Source: Acidobacteriota bacterium | GTDB taxonomy: Bacteria > Acidobacteriota > UBA6911 | DNA: 64,000 bases | Assembly: GCA_031271905.1 (NCBI GenBank) | Contig: JAISUT010000017.1 | Coordinates: forward strand, 17,436 to 81,435 | Reading direction: 5' to 3' | In this document: positions 11,451 to 20,722 of the stretch, one piece after another | How positions within the stretch are numbered: the first letter of the stretch is position 1 | Layout: each line of letters begins with the position of its first letter | Program-made: the position numbers and the translations under genes | The notes under the pieces: generated by a model | The model's database searches: none | Seen by the model: the letters and a program-made list of their open reading frames with translations, nothing else | Told to the model about the DNA's origin: nothing

Positions 11451-12107
11451 ATGGTAAGGTCATTTGGTATAGAATCCGCGATTGTGTCCGGATTCAGTTT
11501 AGGAGGACGGCAGTTGCTTTTGACCTACGCCAACCAGTTGACCATCCTACGCATGGTGTTCGTCCCCTGCTTCGTGATCCTGCTCGTCTACGGGTGCCCC
11601 CGGGCGGCGACCGTCGTTTTCCTGCTCGCCGCGCTGACCGACGGCCTGGACGGGCTGATCGCGCGCAAGCTGAACCAGCGCACGCCCCTCGGCTCCTTCC
11701 TCGACCCGATGGCGGACAAGCTCTTGCTGACGGCGGCGTTCATCGCGTTGACGTTGCATCCCGCCGGCGGAGACATGCGCATCCCGGCGTGGCTGACCAT
11801 CCTCACGATCAGCCGCGACGTGGTCATCGCCGTTTCGGTCTTGGTCATACATATGCAGACCGGACACTCCAGCTTCCCGCCCAGCATCCTCGGCAAGTGT
11901 ACGACGGCCATGCAACTGCTGATGGTGGGGGTCTGCCTGCTCGCCGGTTTCGAGATGGGGGCGGCGCAGACGCTGTTCCCCTGCGCCGTATATGCGACGT
12001 TGCTCGTCACCGTGGCGTCAGGGCTGCACTATTTCTACCGTGCGGTGAAGATCATCTCCTCCTACCAAAGCCAAAGCCCCGTCCAGAACCCGGACGCGAA
12101 AGACTAG
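11451..12107 (+). CDS. pgsA: CDP-diacylglycerol--glycerol-3-phosphate 3-phosphatidyltransferase
   Basis: It carries the CDP-alcohol phosphatidyltransferase motif DGLDGLIARKLNQRTPLGSFLDPMADKLL and several transmembrane helices. ORF 11340..12107 has an implausible Gly-rich N-terminal extension, so the start is set at ATG 11451. Confidence 0.75.
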   Translation: MVRSFGIESAIVSGFSLGGRQLLLTYANQLTILRMVFVPCFVILLVYGCPRAATVVFLLAALTDGLDGLIARKLNQRTPLGSFLDPMADKLLLTAAFIALTLHPAGGDMRIPAWLTILTISRDVVIAVSVLVIHMQTGHSSFPPSILGKCTTAMQLLMVGVCLLAGFEMGAAQTLFPCAVYATLLVTVASGLHYFYRAVKIISSYQSQSPVQNPDAKD

Positions 12108-12112
12108 CGAAG

Positions 12113-13495
12113 ATGCCGGACGCCGGAATCGAGATATTGGAAGTCGCCCCCGGCTCCGTGGCGGATCGGCTGGGCATCGCCCCCGGCGACCGGCTCTTGG
12201 CCGTGGGCGACTGCGAGATCCCCGACGAGCTGGCGTTGAGGTTCCGTCTGGCGACCGCCGACGGGCGCGTGGCGTTGCGCATCCTGCGGAAGGGCGGTCG
12301 CCTGCGCCGGTTCAAGATCGACTGCGACGACTTGGACGGGGGCGGCGGCCTGGGCGTCACGGTCGCGGAGTTCCCGACGCGCCGTTGCGGCAACGCCTGC
12401 ATGTTCTGCTTCGTGGATCAACTGCCCCCCGGCGTCCGGCCCGGACTCCGGGTGAAGGACGACGATTACCGCCTCTCGTTCCTCTACGGCAACTACGTCA
12501 CGTTGACCAACGCGACGGCGAAGGACCTCGCCCGCATCGTCGCGGAACGCCTGTCGCCGCTCTACGTCTCGGTCCACGCGACCGACCCGGATCTGCGCGC
12601 CCGCATCTTGGGGCGTGGCGGGAAGGGGCCGGACGACCTCGCGGGGAAGCTCGCCCGCCTCGTCGGCGGCGGCGTGCGCGTCCATGCGCAGGTCGTCCTG
12701 ATGCCGGGGGTCAACGACGGGGCGGCGTTGGAGAAGACGGTCTTCGACCTCCACCGCCTCGGCGTGGAGTCCGTCGCCGTCGTGCCGGTGGGCATCTCCG
12801 ACCACGTCCCGCCGGGGCGGGGGTTGCGACCGGCGACGCCGTCTTTCAGCCGGACGCTGTTGCGCCGCGTCAACGGCTGGCGGCGGCGGTTCGCCGCGGA
12901 GTCGGGGCGCGCATTCGTCTTCCCGGCGGACGAGTTCTTCCTGCTGGCGGGCGCGCCGATCCCGGGGCGCGACTACTACGAGGACTTCGCCCAGATAGAG
13001 GACGGCGTGGGGATGGTGCGCACCTTCCTCGACGACTTCGCGGCGGGCGCGGCGCGGAGGCGCGCGCCGATGGCGGGCTTGCGCGGGACGCTGGTGACGG
13101 GGCCGCTCTTCTTCCCCGTCCTCGAGCGCGTCATCGGCGATTGGAACGGACGGACGGGCGCGTCGTTGCAAGTCCTCGCCGTCGAGAACCGTTTCCTGGG
13201 GAGGCGGATCACCGTCGCGGGGCTGCTGGCGGGCGGGGACGTCGTCCGGGCGCTGAAGCCCCTTGCGGTCGCGCCGCCGGACGCGCGGTCGAAGACGGTT
13301 GCGGGCGGCAAGCCCTTCGGCGATTTCATCGTCCTTCCCGGAGAGGCGCTGTCGTTTGGCGACAAGGCGCTTTTGGACGACATGACGTTGCGGGATCTGC
13401 GGCGGGAGCTGGGGGTGCCGGTCTACTCCGGGGGCAGGAGCGCCGGAGGGCTGCTCGGGTTGCTGGCGAGGCTCAGGCGGAAAAAACCCGCATGA
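12113..13495 (+). CDS. DUF512-family radical-SAM protein with an N-terminal PDZ domain
   Basis: The start is ATG 12113, giving 460 aa. A PDZ-like N-terminus (GSVADRLGIAPGDRLLAVG) precedes a CGNACMFCF motif (Cx3Cx2C) and a conserved DUF512 C-terminal region. ORF 11129..13495 is a read-through artefact. Confidence 0.7.
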   Translation: MPDAGIEILEVAPGSVADRLGIAPGDRLLAVGDCEIPDELALRFRLATADGRVALRILRKGGRLRRFKIDCDDLDGGGGLGVTVAEFPTRRCGNACMFCFVDQLPPGVRPGLRVKDDDYRLSFLYGNYVTLTNATAKDLARIVAERLSPLYVSVHATDPDLRARILGRGGKGPDDLAGKLARLVGGGVRVHAQVVLMPGVNDGAALEKTVFDLHRLGVESVAVVPVGISDHVPPGRGLRPATPSFSRTLLRRVNGWRRRFAAESGRAFVFPADEFFLLAGAPIPGRDYYEDFAQIEDGVGMVRTFLDDFAAGAARRRAPMAGLRGTLVTGPLFFPVLERVIGDWNGRTGASLQVLAVENRFLGRRITVAGLLAGGDVVRALKPLAVAPPDARSKTVAGGKPFGDFIVLPGEALSFGDKALLDDMTLRDLRRELGVPVYSGGRSAGGLLGLLARLRRKKPA

Positions 13496-13560
13496 GGTTC
13501 CCATAAATGCAGGTTGAAATTTCAAGTTGATGCAAATATCCTGCACCTTCACTTTTCAGG

Positions 13561-16500
13561 ATGGGGGCGACTGTGGCCTTTCGCATCGAAATCGGATTGA
13601 AACGCGGCATCCGGGGGATAAAAGACGCGCGCGGCAACGCCGTGGCCGCCAAGGCGCGCCGCTTCCTGCGCCTTGCCGCCTCCTGCCGGACGCGGGACGT
13701 CTACAAGCTGGACATGGGGCTTTCCCCGGAGGAGCTCGCCGAGGTGCGCAAGGCGTTCACCGACCCGGTGACCTCCCGCTCGGCGGTGGGGCGCCTCGAG
13801 CCGCCGCCGTTCGACTGGATGGTCGAGGTCGGCTTCAAGCCGGGGGTGACCGACAACGTGGGGGCGACGGCGCGCGCGGTGGCGCGGGACGTGCTCGACC
13901 GCCCGCTCGGCCCGACGGAGGCGGTCTACACATCCATCCAGTATTTCTTCCAAGGCTCCGGCCTGGGGCGCGCGGACATCGACCGCCTCGCGGGCGAGCT
14001 CCTGGCCAACCCGCTGATCCAGACGATGCGGGTCTTCTCGCCGGAGGAGTGGGCCGCCGCCCCCGTGGACGATTCCGTGCCCGCCGTGCGCGAGCGCCCC
14101 GACATCCGCGTCGAGACTTATGACCTGAGCGGCGGCGACGAAGACCTGATGCGCATCAGCCGCGAGGGCATCCTCTCGCTGAGCTTGGACGAGATGCGCG
14201 CCATCCGCGACTTTTTCGCCTCGGAGAAGGCGCGCCGGGAGCGCGCGGCGCTGGGCCTGCCCGAACAGCCGACGGACGTGGAGCTGGAGTGCATCGCCCA
14301 GACCTGGTCCGAGCATTGCAAGCACAAGATATTCGCGGCGCTCGTCCACTACATCGACGAGTCCGACCCCGCCGACGTGAAAGAGGAGTGGATAGACTCC
14401 CTGTTCAAGACCTGCATCCGCGACGCGACGGCGAAGATAGGAAATGAGATCGACTGGCTGGTCTCCGTCTTCAGCGACAACGCCGGCGTCATCCGCTTCA
14501 ACGACCGCTACAACCTCGCCTACAAGGTCGAGACCCACAACTCCCCCTCGGCGCTGGACCCCTACGGCGGCGCCATCACCGGCATCGTGGGGGTGAACCG
14601 CGACCCGATGGGGACGGGCATGGGGTGCGAGCTGGTCGCCAACGTCTGGGGCTACTGCCTCGGCTCGCCCTTCTACGACGGCGACCTGCCGGAGGGGCTG
14701 ATGCACCCCCGGCGCATCCGCGACGGCGTCCACCAGGGGGTGATAGACGGCGGCAACCAGAGCGGCATCCCCTGGGCGCGCGGCTTCGAGCGGTTCGACG
14801 AGCGCTACATCGGCAAGCCCCTGGTCTACTGCGGCACGGTGGGGCGGCTGCCGCGGCTGGTGACGGGACGCCCCTCCGAGCGCAAGGAGATAGAGCCCGG
14901 CGACGTGGTCGTGATGTGCGGCGGGCGCATCGGCAAGGACGGCATCCACGGCGCGACGTTCTCCTCGGAGGAGCTGCGCAAGGAGTCGCCGGCGCAGGCG
15001 GTGCAGATCGGCGACCCGATCACGCAGCGCAACCTCTACGAGTTCCTGCTCGAGGCGCGCGACCTCGGCCTCTACCGCGCCCTGACCGACAACGGCGCGG
15101 GGGGCCTCAGCTCCTCCATCGGCGAGATGAGCCGCCTGAGCGGCGGCGCGGACATCGACTTGGGGAAGGCGCCGCTCAAATACGAGGGGTTGCAGCCGTG
15201 GGAGATCTTCCTCTCCGAGGCGCAGGAGCGGATGTCGCTCGCGGTGCCGCCCGAGAAGCTGGACGAGTTCCTGGCGCTGGCGCGGCGGCGCGAGGTCGAG
15301 GCCGCCGCGCTCGGCGCCTTCACCGACAGCGGCGCGCTGACGGTGCGCCACGGCGGGCGGGTGACGGCGCACCTCGACCTGGAGTTCCTGCACGAGGGGG
15401 GGCCGCGCATGACGATCGAGGCGCGCTGGCGGCCGCCGCGGATCCCCGCGCCCCCCGCGCCGCGCAAGGGGCCGCGCAACCGGACGCTCTTGAAGCTGCT
15501 CGCGTCCCTGAACGTCTGCTCGAAGGAGTACAAGTCGCGGCAGTACGACGGGGAGGTGAAGGGGCTGAGCGTGGTGAAGCCCTTCGTCGGCGTGGACGGC
15601 GACGTGCCGAGCGACGCCGTGGTCATGATGGCGGAGCACGGCTGCCGCAAGGGGATGGTGCTGGCCGAGGGGATCAACCCGTTCTATTCGGACATCGACG
15701 CCTACGACATGATGGCGAGCGTCATCGACGAGGCGGTGCGGCGCGTCGTGAGCGTCGGCGGTCGCCTCGACCGCATCGCGGGCCTGGACAACTTCTGCTG
15801 GCCCGACCCGGTGCTTTCGGAGAAGACGCCGGACGGCCCGTACAAGATGGCGCAGCTCGTGCGGGCGGGCAAGGCGCTCTACGACGTGACGACGGCCTAC
15901 AAGGTCCCCGCCATCTCCGGCAAGGACAGCATGAAGAACGACTCGGTGCGCGGGGGGCGCAAGATATCCATCCCCCCCACGGTGCTGTTCTCGACCATCG
16001 GCGTCATCGACGACGTCGGGCGCGCCGTCACCATGCACTTCAAACGGCCGGGCGATGTCGTCTACGTCGCCGGCGTGACGCGCGAGGAGCTGGGCGGCTC
16101 GGAGTTCTTCCGGCTCTTGGCGCGCGAGGCGGGCGAGCCGCTGGCCTACGGCGGGCGCGCGCCGTCGCTCGACATCCCGCTGGCGCTGGGCCTCTACCGC
16201 GCGATGAACGAGGCGACGGGGCGCGGCCTGGTGCGCTCCTCGCACACGCCGACGCTCGGCGGCCTGGGCGTGGCGTTCGCCCTCGCGGCCGTCGGCGGCG
16301 GCTTGGGCGCGGACATCGACCTGGGGGCCGTCGAATGCGACGGCGGCCTTGCGGACGACGCGAAGCTCTTCTCGGAGTCCAACAGCCGCTTCGTCCTCAC
16401 CTGCGCCCCGGAAGACGCGGCGGCGCTCGAAGAAACCTTCCGCGGCCTGCCTCTGCGCCGCGTCGGCGCGGTCGCGGAAGGGCGGCGCCTGCGCGTTGTC

Positions 16501-16581
16501 GGCAGGCGGGGTCGCGAGGTCGTACACACGGACATCGACGCGCTGCGGCGCGCCTTCAAGGGGACCCTGTATGGCGTCTGA
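13561..16581 (+). CDS. purL: phosphoribosylformylglycinamidine synthase subunit PurL with an N-terminal PurS-like domain (PurS-PurL fusion)
   Basis: 1006 aa. An N-terminal ~80-aa PurS-like segment is followed by the PurL FGAM-synthase II core (CKHKIF, NSPSALDPYGGAITGIVGVNRD, DNGAGGLSSSIGEM). The stop overlaps the purQ start. Confidence 0.85.
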   Translation: MGATVAFRIEIGLKRGIRGIKDARGNAVAAKARRFLRLAASCRTRDVYKLDMGLSPEELAEVRKAFTDPVTSRSAVGRLEPPPFDWMVEVGFKPGVTDNVGATARAVARDVLDRPLGPTEAVYTSIQYFFQGSGLGRADIDRLAGELLANPLIQTMRVFSPEEWAAAPVDDSVPAVRERPDIRVETYDLSGGDEDLMRISREGILSLSLDEMRAIRDFFASEKARRERAALGLPEQPTDVELECIAQTWSEHCKHKIFAALVHYIDESDPADVKEEWIDSLFKTCIRDATAKIGNEIDWLVSVFSDNAGVIRFNDRYNLAYKVETHNSPSALDPYGGAITGIVGVNRDPMGTGMGCELVANVWGYCLGSPFYDGDLPEGLMHPRRIRDGVHQGVIDGGNQSGIPWARGFERFDERYIGKPLVYCGTVGRLPRLVTGRPSERKEIEPGDVVVMCGGRIGKDGIHGATFSSEELRKESPAQAVQIGDPITQRNLYEFLLEARDLGLYRALTDNGAGGLSSSIGEMSRLSGGADIDLGKAPLKYEGLQPWEIFLSEAQERMSLAVPPEKLDEFLALARRREVEAAALGAFTDSGALTVRHGGRVTAHLDLEFLHEGGPRMTIEARWRPPRIPAPPAPRKGPRNRTLLKLLASLNVCSKEYKSRQYDGEVKGLSVVKPFVGVDGDVPSDAVVMMAEHGCRKGMVLAEGINPFYSDIDAYDMMASVIDEAVRRVVSVGGRLDRIAGLDNFCWPDPVLSEKTPDGPYKMAQLVRAGKALYDVTTAYKVPAISGKDSMKNDSVRGGRKISIPPTVLFSTIGVIDDVGRAVTMHFKRPGDVVYVAGVTREELGGSEFFRLLAREAGEPLAYGGRAPSLDIPLALGLYRAMNEATGRGLVRSSHTPTLGGLGVAFALAAVGGGLGADIDLGAVECDGGLADDAKLFSESNSRFVLTCAPEDAAALEETFRGLPLRRVGAVAEGRRLRVVGRRGREVVHTDIDALRRAFKGTLYGV

Positions 16582-17392
16582 CATCCCGGTGCTCATCATC
16601 ACAGGTTACGGATTGAACTGCGAGGTCGAGTCCTCGGTCGCGTGGGAGATGGCGGGGGCGCGCCCCGAGCGGGTGCATCTGAGCGACCTCGTCGAACGTC
16701 CGTCGCGGCTGGGCGACTACGCGGCGCTGATGTTCGTCGGCGGCTTCTCCTACGGCGACCACATGGGTTCGGGGCACGTCTTCGCCCTGCGGGTCAGGCG
16801 GCGGCTCGGCGCGGAGCTGGAGAAGTTCATCCGCGCGGGGAAGCTTGTCCTCGGGGTCTGCAACGGCTTCCAAATCATGGTGAAGCTGGGGCTGCTGCCG
16901 GGCATTGACGGCGAATGGTTCGCGCAGAAGCTCTCCATCATGCAGAACGACTGCGGCACGTTCCAGAACCGCTGGACGCCGTTGCGCTTCGAGCCGGACT
17001 CGCCCTGCGTCTTCACCAAGGGGCTGGCGGCGGCGGGGCTCGCGCGCTTCCCGCTGCCGGTGCGCCACGGCGAGGGGAAGGTCTTCACGCCGGACCGGAA
17101 GCTGCTGGAGCGGCTGGAGGCGCTCGGTTGCGTCCCCTGCCGCTACGCCGACCCGGAGACGGGCGAGGCGACGCAGGAGTTCCCCTACAACCCCAACGGC
17201 GCGCTGAACGCCATCGCGGGGCTGTGCGACCCCACGGGGCGCGTCTTCGGGCTGATGCCTCACCCGGAGGCGTACCTGTACCCGGAGAACCACCCGCGAT
17301 GGGATCTGCAGAAGATGCGCGGCGAGCTGCCGACGGAGGGGCTGGGGCTGAGCCTGTTCCGCAACGCCGTCGAACACCTGCGCCGCCTGTGA
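16571..17392 (+). CDS. purQ: phosphoribosylformylglycinamidine synthase glutaminase subunit PurQ
   Basis: The start is ATG 16571, giving 273 aa. It has a class-I glutamine amidotransferase domain (LVLGVCNGFQIM, with HPE at the C-terminus). It is translationally coupled to purL. Confidence 0.85.
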   Translation: MASDIPVLIITGYGLNCEVESSVAWEMAGARPERVHLSDLVERPSRLGDYAALMFVGGFSYGDHMGSGHVFALRVRRRLGAELEKFIRAGKLVLGVCNGFQIMVKLGLLPGIDGEWFAQKLSIMQNDCGTFQNRWTPLRFEPDSPCVFTKGLAAAGLARFPLPVRHGEGKVFTPDRKLLERLEALGCVPCRYADPETGEATQEFPYNPNGALNAIAGLCDPTGRVFGLMPHPEAYLYPENHPRWDLQKMRGELPTEGLGLSLFRNAVEHLRRL

Positions 17393-17444
17393 CATCCGCC
17401 GCCCGCCCATCGCACGGTGGAATTCTCCCGCGATATCCGGGATA

Positions 17445-19313
17445 ATGGGCGTCGTCATGAGATTGAAGCCTGCGACATTCGCCATCGTGGCGGCGTTCCT
17501 CCCGTGCCTGTTTCCCGGCGCGCCGTCCGGCGTGAGGGGTGCGGGGGCGGTGCCTGCGGATGCGGCGGTGCGGATGCGGGCGCTGGCGGGTTCGACCAAG
17601 GGCGCCGCGTCCCTGGTCATCGAGCTCGTGATCGACCGCCGCTACCACATCAATTCGAACCGGCCGCGGCAAGGCCACCTGATCCCCACCGGCGTCGAGA
17701 TCGAGCCGGTCGCGGGCGTGGCCTTCGACGAGCCGGCGTTCCCCGAGCCTGCGGTCAAAAAGCTCCCGTTTTCCGACACCCCGATGTCCGTCTACGAGGG
17801 GACGGTGCGGATCACCGTCGGCGTGCGCCCCTCGCCAGGCTTCGCCCCCAAGGAGATCCTCGCCAAGGGGCGTGTGCGGTTCCAGGCGTGCGATCACAAC
17901 TCCTGCCTCCCCCCGGTGCGAAGGCCGTTCAGCGTCTCTGTGCCGCTCGCGCCGTCGTCGTCGCCGTCGGGTGCGACGGCGGGGGGGGGTGCGGGGGCGG
18001 CGGCGCCTGCGGGCGGGGACGCGGCCGGCGGGACGCCCGGGGATGGGGCCGACTTCGGCCGGCGGGGGTTGCCTTTGAACCTGCTGCTCGCCTTCGTCGG
18101 CGGCTTGGCGCTGAACCTGACCCCGTGCGTCTATCCGCTGATCCCCGTGACGCTCGCCTGGTTCGGCGGGCAGTCCGGCGGACGGAAGGGGAGTTTGATC
18201 GGTCACGCCGCCGCCTACGTGCTCGGCATGGCGGTCACCTATTCCGTCCTGGGCGTCGCCGCCGCGCTGACGGGCGGACTTTTCGGCGGCGCGCTGCGCT
18301 ATCCCGCCGTGCCCGCCGCCCTGGCGCTCTTCATGGCGATTCTGGCGCTCGGCATGTTCGACGTCTACGAATTGCGCGTCCCTTCGTTCCTGACCCGGCT
18401 GGTGGGCTCGGCGGGCGGGGACGGGCGCGGGGGGTGGACGGGTTCCCTCCTGATGGGGCTTACGATGGGCGTCGTCGCCGCCCCCTGCATAGGCCCCTTC
18501 GTGCTGGGGCTGCTGACCTATGTCGGGGAGCGGGGGGACGCGCTCGTCGGCTTCCTGCTCTTTTTCGCGCTGGCGCTGGGCCTCGGGCTGCCGTTCCTGG
18601 CGCTGGGCGTCTTTTCCGGCAGCGTCCGGAGGCTCCCGCGTTCGGGGGCGTGGATGGTCTGGGTGAGGCGGGTGTTCGGCTTCGTCCTGTTCGGCATGGC
18701 GGCATACTTCCTCCGCACCCTGCTCCCTCCGCTCGCCTACCCGTCGGCGCTCGGGCTCATCCTCGTCCTCGGCGGCGTCTACCTCGCGTGGCTGGCGCCG
18801 GTCCCCGACGCCGGCAGGGCTTTCCTCGTCGCGCGCAACGCCGTCGGCTGCCTGTTCTTCGTTGCGGCGCTGTATGTGCTCGCGACGGGGGTGCCTGCCG
18901 CGCTGGAGCGGGGGGGGGCGGGCGTCCCCGGCGGCGCCGCGCGGGACGCCGTCCGCTGGGAGCCCTATTCCAAGGAGCGTCTGGCGCGCGCCGCCGAGGA
19001 GCGGACGCCGGTGTTCATCGATTTTTACGCGGATTGGTGCGCCCCCTGCCGGGAGTTGGACGAGAAGACCTATTCCGACCCCGAGGTGGTCCGCCGCTCC
19101 CGCGGCTTTGTGATGGTCAAGGCGGACTTGACCGACGACGACGATCCGGAGGTGCGGGCGCTGATGGAGAGGTTCCGCATCCGGGGGGTGCCGACGCTGG
19201 TGTTCCTGCGTCCCGACGGGGAGGAGTTGCCCGGGCTCCGGGGCGTGGGGTTCGAGCCCGCCGCCGCCTTCGGGGCGAGGATGGACCAGGCGCTGCGCGC
19301 GCAGCGGGAATAA
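17445..19313 (+). CDS. dsbD: thiol:disulfide interchange protein DsbD (cytochrome c-type biogenesis electron transporter)
   Basis: 622 aa. An N-terminal periplasmic domain is followed by a CcdA-like transmembrane core with the TPCVYPLIP motif and a C-terminal thioredoxin domain (DWCAPCREL). Confidence 0.8.
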   Translation: MGVVMRLKPATFAIVAAFLPCLFPGAPSGVRGAGAVPADAAVRMRALAGSTKGAASLVIELVIDRRYHINSNRPRQGHLIPTGVEIEPVAGVAFDEPAFPEPAVKKLPFSDTPMSVYEGTVRITVGVRPSPGFAPKEILAKGRVRFQACDHNSCLPPVRRPFSVSVPLAPSSSPSGATAGGGAGAAAPAGGDAAGGTPGDGADFGRRGLPLNLLLAFVGGLALNLTPCVYPLIPVTLAWFGGQSGGRKGSLIGHAAAYVLGMAVTYSVLGVAAALTGGLFGGALRYPAVPAALALFMAILALGMFDVYELRVPSFLTRLVGSAGGDGRGGWTGSLLMGLTMGVVAAPCIGPFVLGLLTYVGERGDALVGFLLFFALALGLGLPFLALGVFSGSVRRLPRSGAWMVWVRRVFGFVLFGMAAYFLRTLLPPLAYPSALGLILVLGGVYLAWLAPVPDAGRAFLVARNAVGCLFFVAALYVLATGVPAALERGGAGVPGGAARDAVRWEPYSKERLARAAEERTPVFIDFYADWCAPCRELDEKTYSDPEVVRRSRGFVMVKADLTDDDDPEVRALMERFRIRGVPTLVFLRPDGEELPGLRGVGFEPAAAFGARMDQALRAQRE

Positions 19314-19360
19314 GGGGCGCGCCGCCACGCCCCCCTCCCGTTCCCGCTCCAAGGCGGCGC

Positions 19361-19389
19361 TTGACTTCCCCCCGTCGCTAAACTAGACT
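19361..19389 (+). promoter_or_regulatory. candidate sigma70-type promoter for tatA (TTGACT, 17-nt spacer, TAGACT)
   Basis: The sequence cTTGACTtccccccgtcgctaaacTAGACTc ends about 35 nt upstream of the tatA ATG. Confidence 0.4.
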
Positions 19390-19424
19390 CAGGGACGTAA
19401 AGCGGTAACGAGCGGGGGGGGCGT

Positions 19425-19748
19425 ATGGGCAGTCTGGGAATGCAGGAAATCGTCATAATTTTCATCATCGCCCTCATCGTCTTCGGCCCCCGCAAGCTGC
19501 CGGAGATAGGCAAGACCATCGGCAAGGGGTTGGCCGAGTTCAAGAAGGCGTCCAACGAGCTGAAGCAGACCTGGGAGGACGAGGTCAACCTGGACAAGGA
19601 GAAGGCGGCGTTGAAGAACCTCGTGACGGAAAACACGATCAACCCGTCGGAAATCGTCGAGGACATCGCTAACTCCATATCCTCCGACTCCGCTTCCTCC
19701 GGGACTGCGGCGGACGCCCCTGCGGCGACGGACGCCACGGGGTCTTAA
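19425..19748 (+). CDS. tatA: twin-arginine translocase subunit TatA/E
   Basis: The N-terminus MGSLGMQEIVIIFIIALIVFGPRKLPEIGKTIGKGL shows the TatA transmembrane plus amphipathic helix signature. The product is 107 aa. Confidence 0.85.
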   Translation: MGSLGMQEIVIIFIIALIVFGPRKLPEIGKTIGKGLAEFKKASNELKQTWEDEVNLDKEKAALKNLVTENTINPSEIVEDIANSISSDSASSGTAADAPAATDATGS

Positions 19749-19787
19749 CCCGCATCGGAAGAACCCGCGAAATAGAACAAATAAACG

Positions 19788-20585
19788 ATGAGCGACGTGA
19801 TCGAGGAGACCAAGACGGACGCAGAGGAGTCCGAGCAGGAAGCCGGGAAGATGTCCTTCCTGGATCACCTGGACGAGTTGCGCAAGCGGCTGGTGCGCAT
19901 CACCATCTACCTCGCCGTCGGTTTTTGCGCCTGTTTCTTCTTCTCCCCCCGCATCTACAATTTCCTGGCGATACCCATCAACCGGGAGGTCGAGCGCGTC
20001 GGGGGAAACCTCATCTACACCAGCCCGACGGACGCCTTCACGATCAGCATGAAGGTGGCGCTCCTGGCGGGGATTTTCCTGACCCTGCCCTTTACGCTCT
20101 TCGAGGTCTGGCAGTTCATCTCCCCCGGGCTCTACCGCCGCGAGAAACGCTACGTCATCCCGTTCCTGTTCTTTTCGGTGCTGTTGTTCCTCGCCGGCGC
20201 CACGTTCTGCTACCGCATCGCGTTGCCGGGTGCGTTCGAGTTCTTGACCGACTGGGGAGCGAACATCGACAACGTCAAGCCGCAGATCGACATCGGCAGG
20301 TACTTGGACTTGACCAACACCATGCTGCTCGGCTTCGGGCTCATCTTCGAGATGCCGGTGGTCGTGGCGTTCCTCTCGCTGTTCGGGCTGGTCAGCGCCG
20401 GCTTCCTCATCAAGAAGTTCCGTTACGCCTTGGTCGGCATCGTCATCCTGGCTGCGATCATCTCCCCGACCTCGGATGCCGTCAACCTGCTGATCTGGTC
20501 GGCGCCGATGGTTCTGCTGTACATCGTCAGCATCGGGGTCGCCGCCGTCTTGGGCAGGCGGCGCAAGAAGAAAAACGGCGCGTGA
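19788..20585 (+). CDS. tatC: twin-arginine translocase subunit TatC
   Basis: 265 aa with six transmembrane helices and conserved TatC motifs (FLDHLDELRKRL, the FxxEVW region, and SPTSDA). Confidence 0.9.
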   Translation: MSDVIEETKTDAEESEQEAGKMSFLDHLDELRKRLVRITIYLAVGFCACFFFSPRIYNFLAIPINREVERVGGNLIYTSPTDAFTISMKVALLAGIFLTLPFTLFEVWQFISPGLYRREKRYVIPFLFFSVLLFLAGATFCYRIALPGAFEFLTDWGANIDNVKPQIDIGRYLDLTNTMLLGFGLIFEMPVVVAFLSLFGLVSAGFLIKKFRYALVGIVILAAIISPTSDAVNLLIWSAPMVLLYIVSIGVAAVLGRRRKKKNGA

Positions 20586-20722
20586 CGCGGGGCGGGGCCT
20601 TCGCCGGGAGGGGCGGTCGGGGCGAGGCGTCCCTGCGGCGATGACGATATGGCAGGATAATCGCAATGGCCGCGGTCGCGCAGGAGGCGACGGCGGCGGT
20701 TTCGGAGAGGCATAGAAAGACG

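Noticed and set aside
11129-13495. 788-aa ORF overlapping pgsA and the DUF512 gene
   Set aside because: It is a read-through frame. The recognisable DUF512/PDZ protein begins at ATG 12113, right after the pgsA stop, and the upstream 330 codons overlap pgsA out of frame.
13496-13560. Possible riboswitch or leader upstream of purL (ZTP/purine), of metX (SAM), and of proS (T-box)
   Set aside because: The upstream regions are only 65-110 nt and show none of the conserved cores of these elements, for example no pfl/ZTP GGGUCGUGA...CCGGGC pseudoknot core. The metX upstream region is occupied by a palindromic repeat copy instead.
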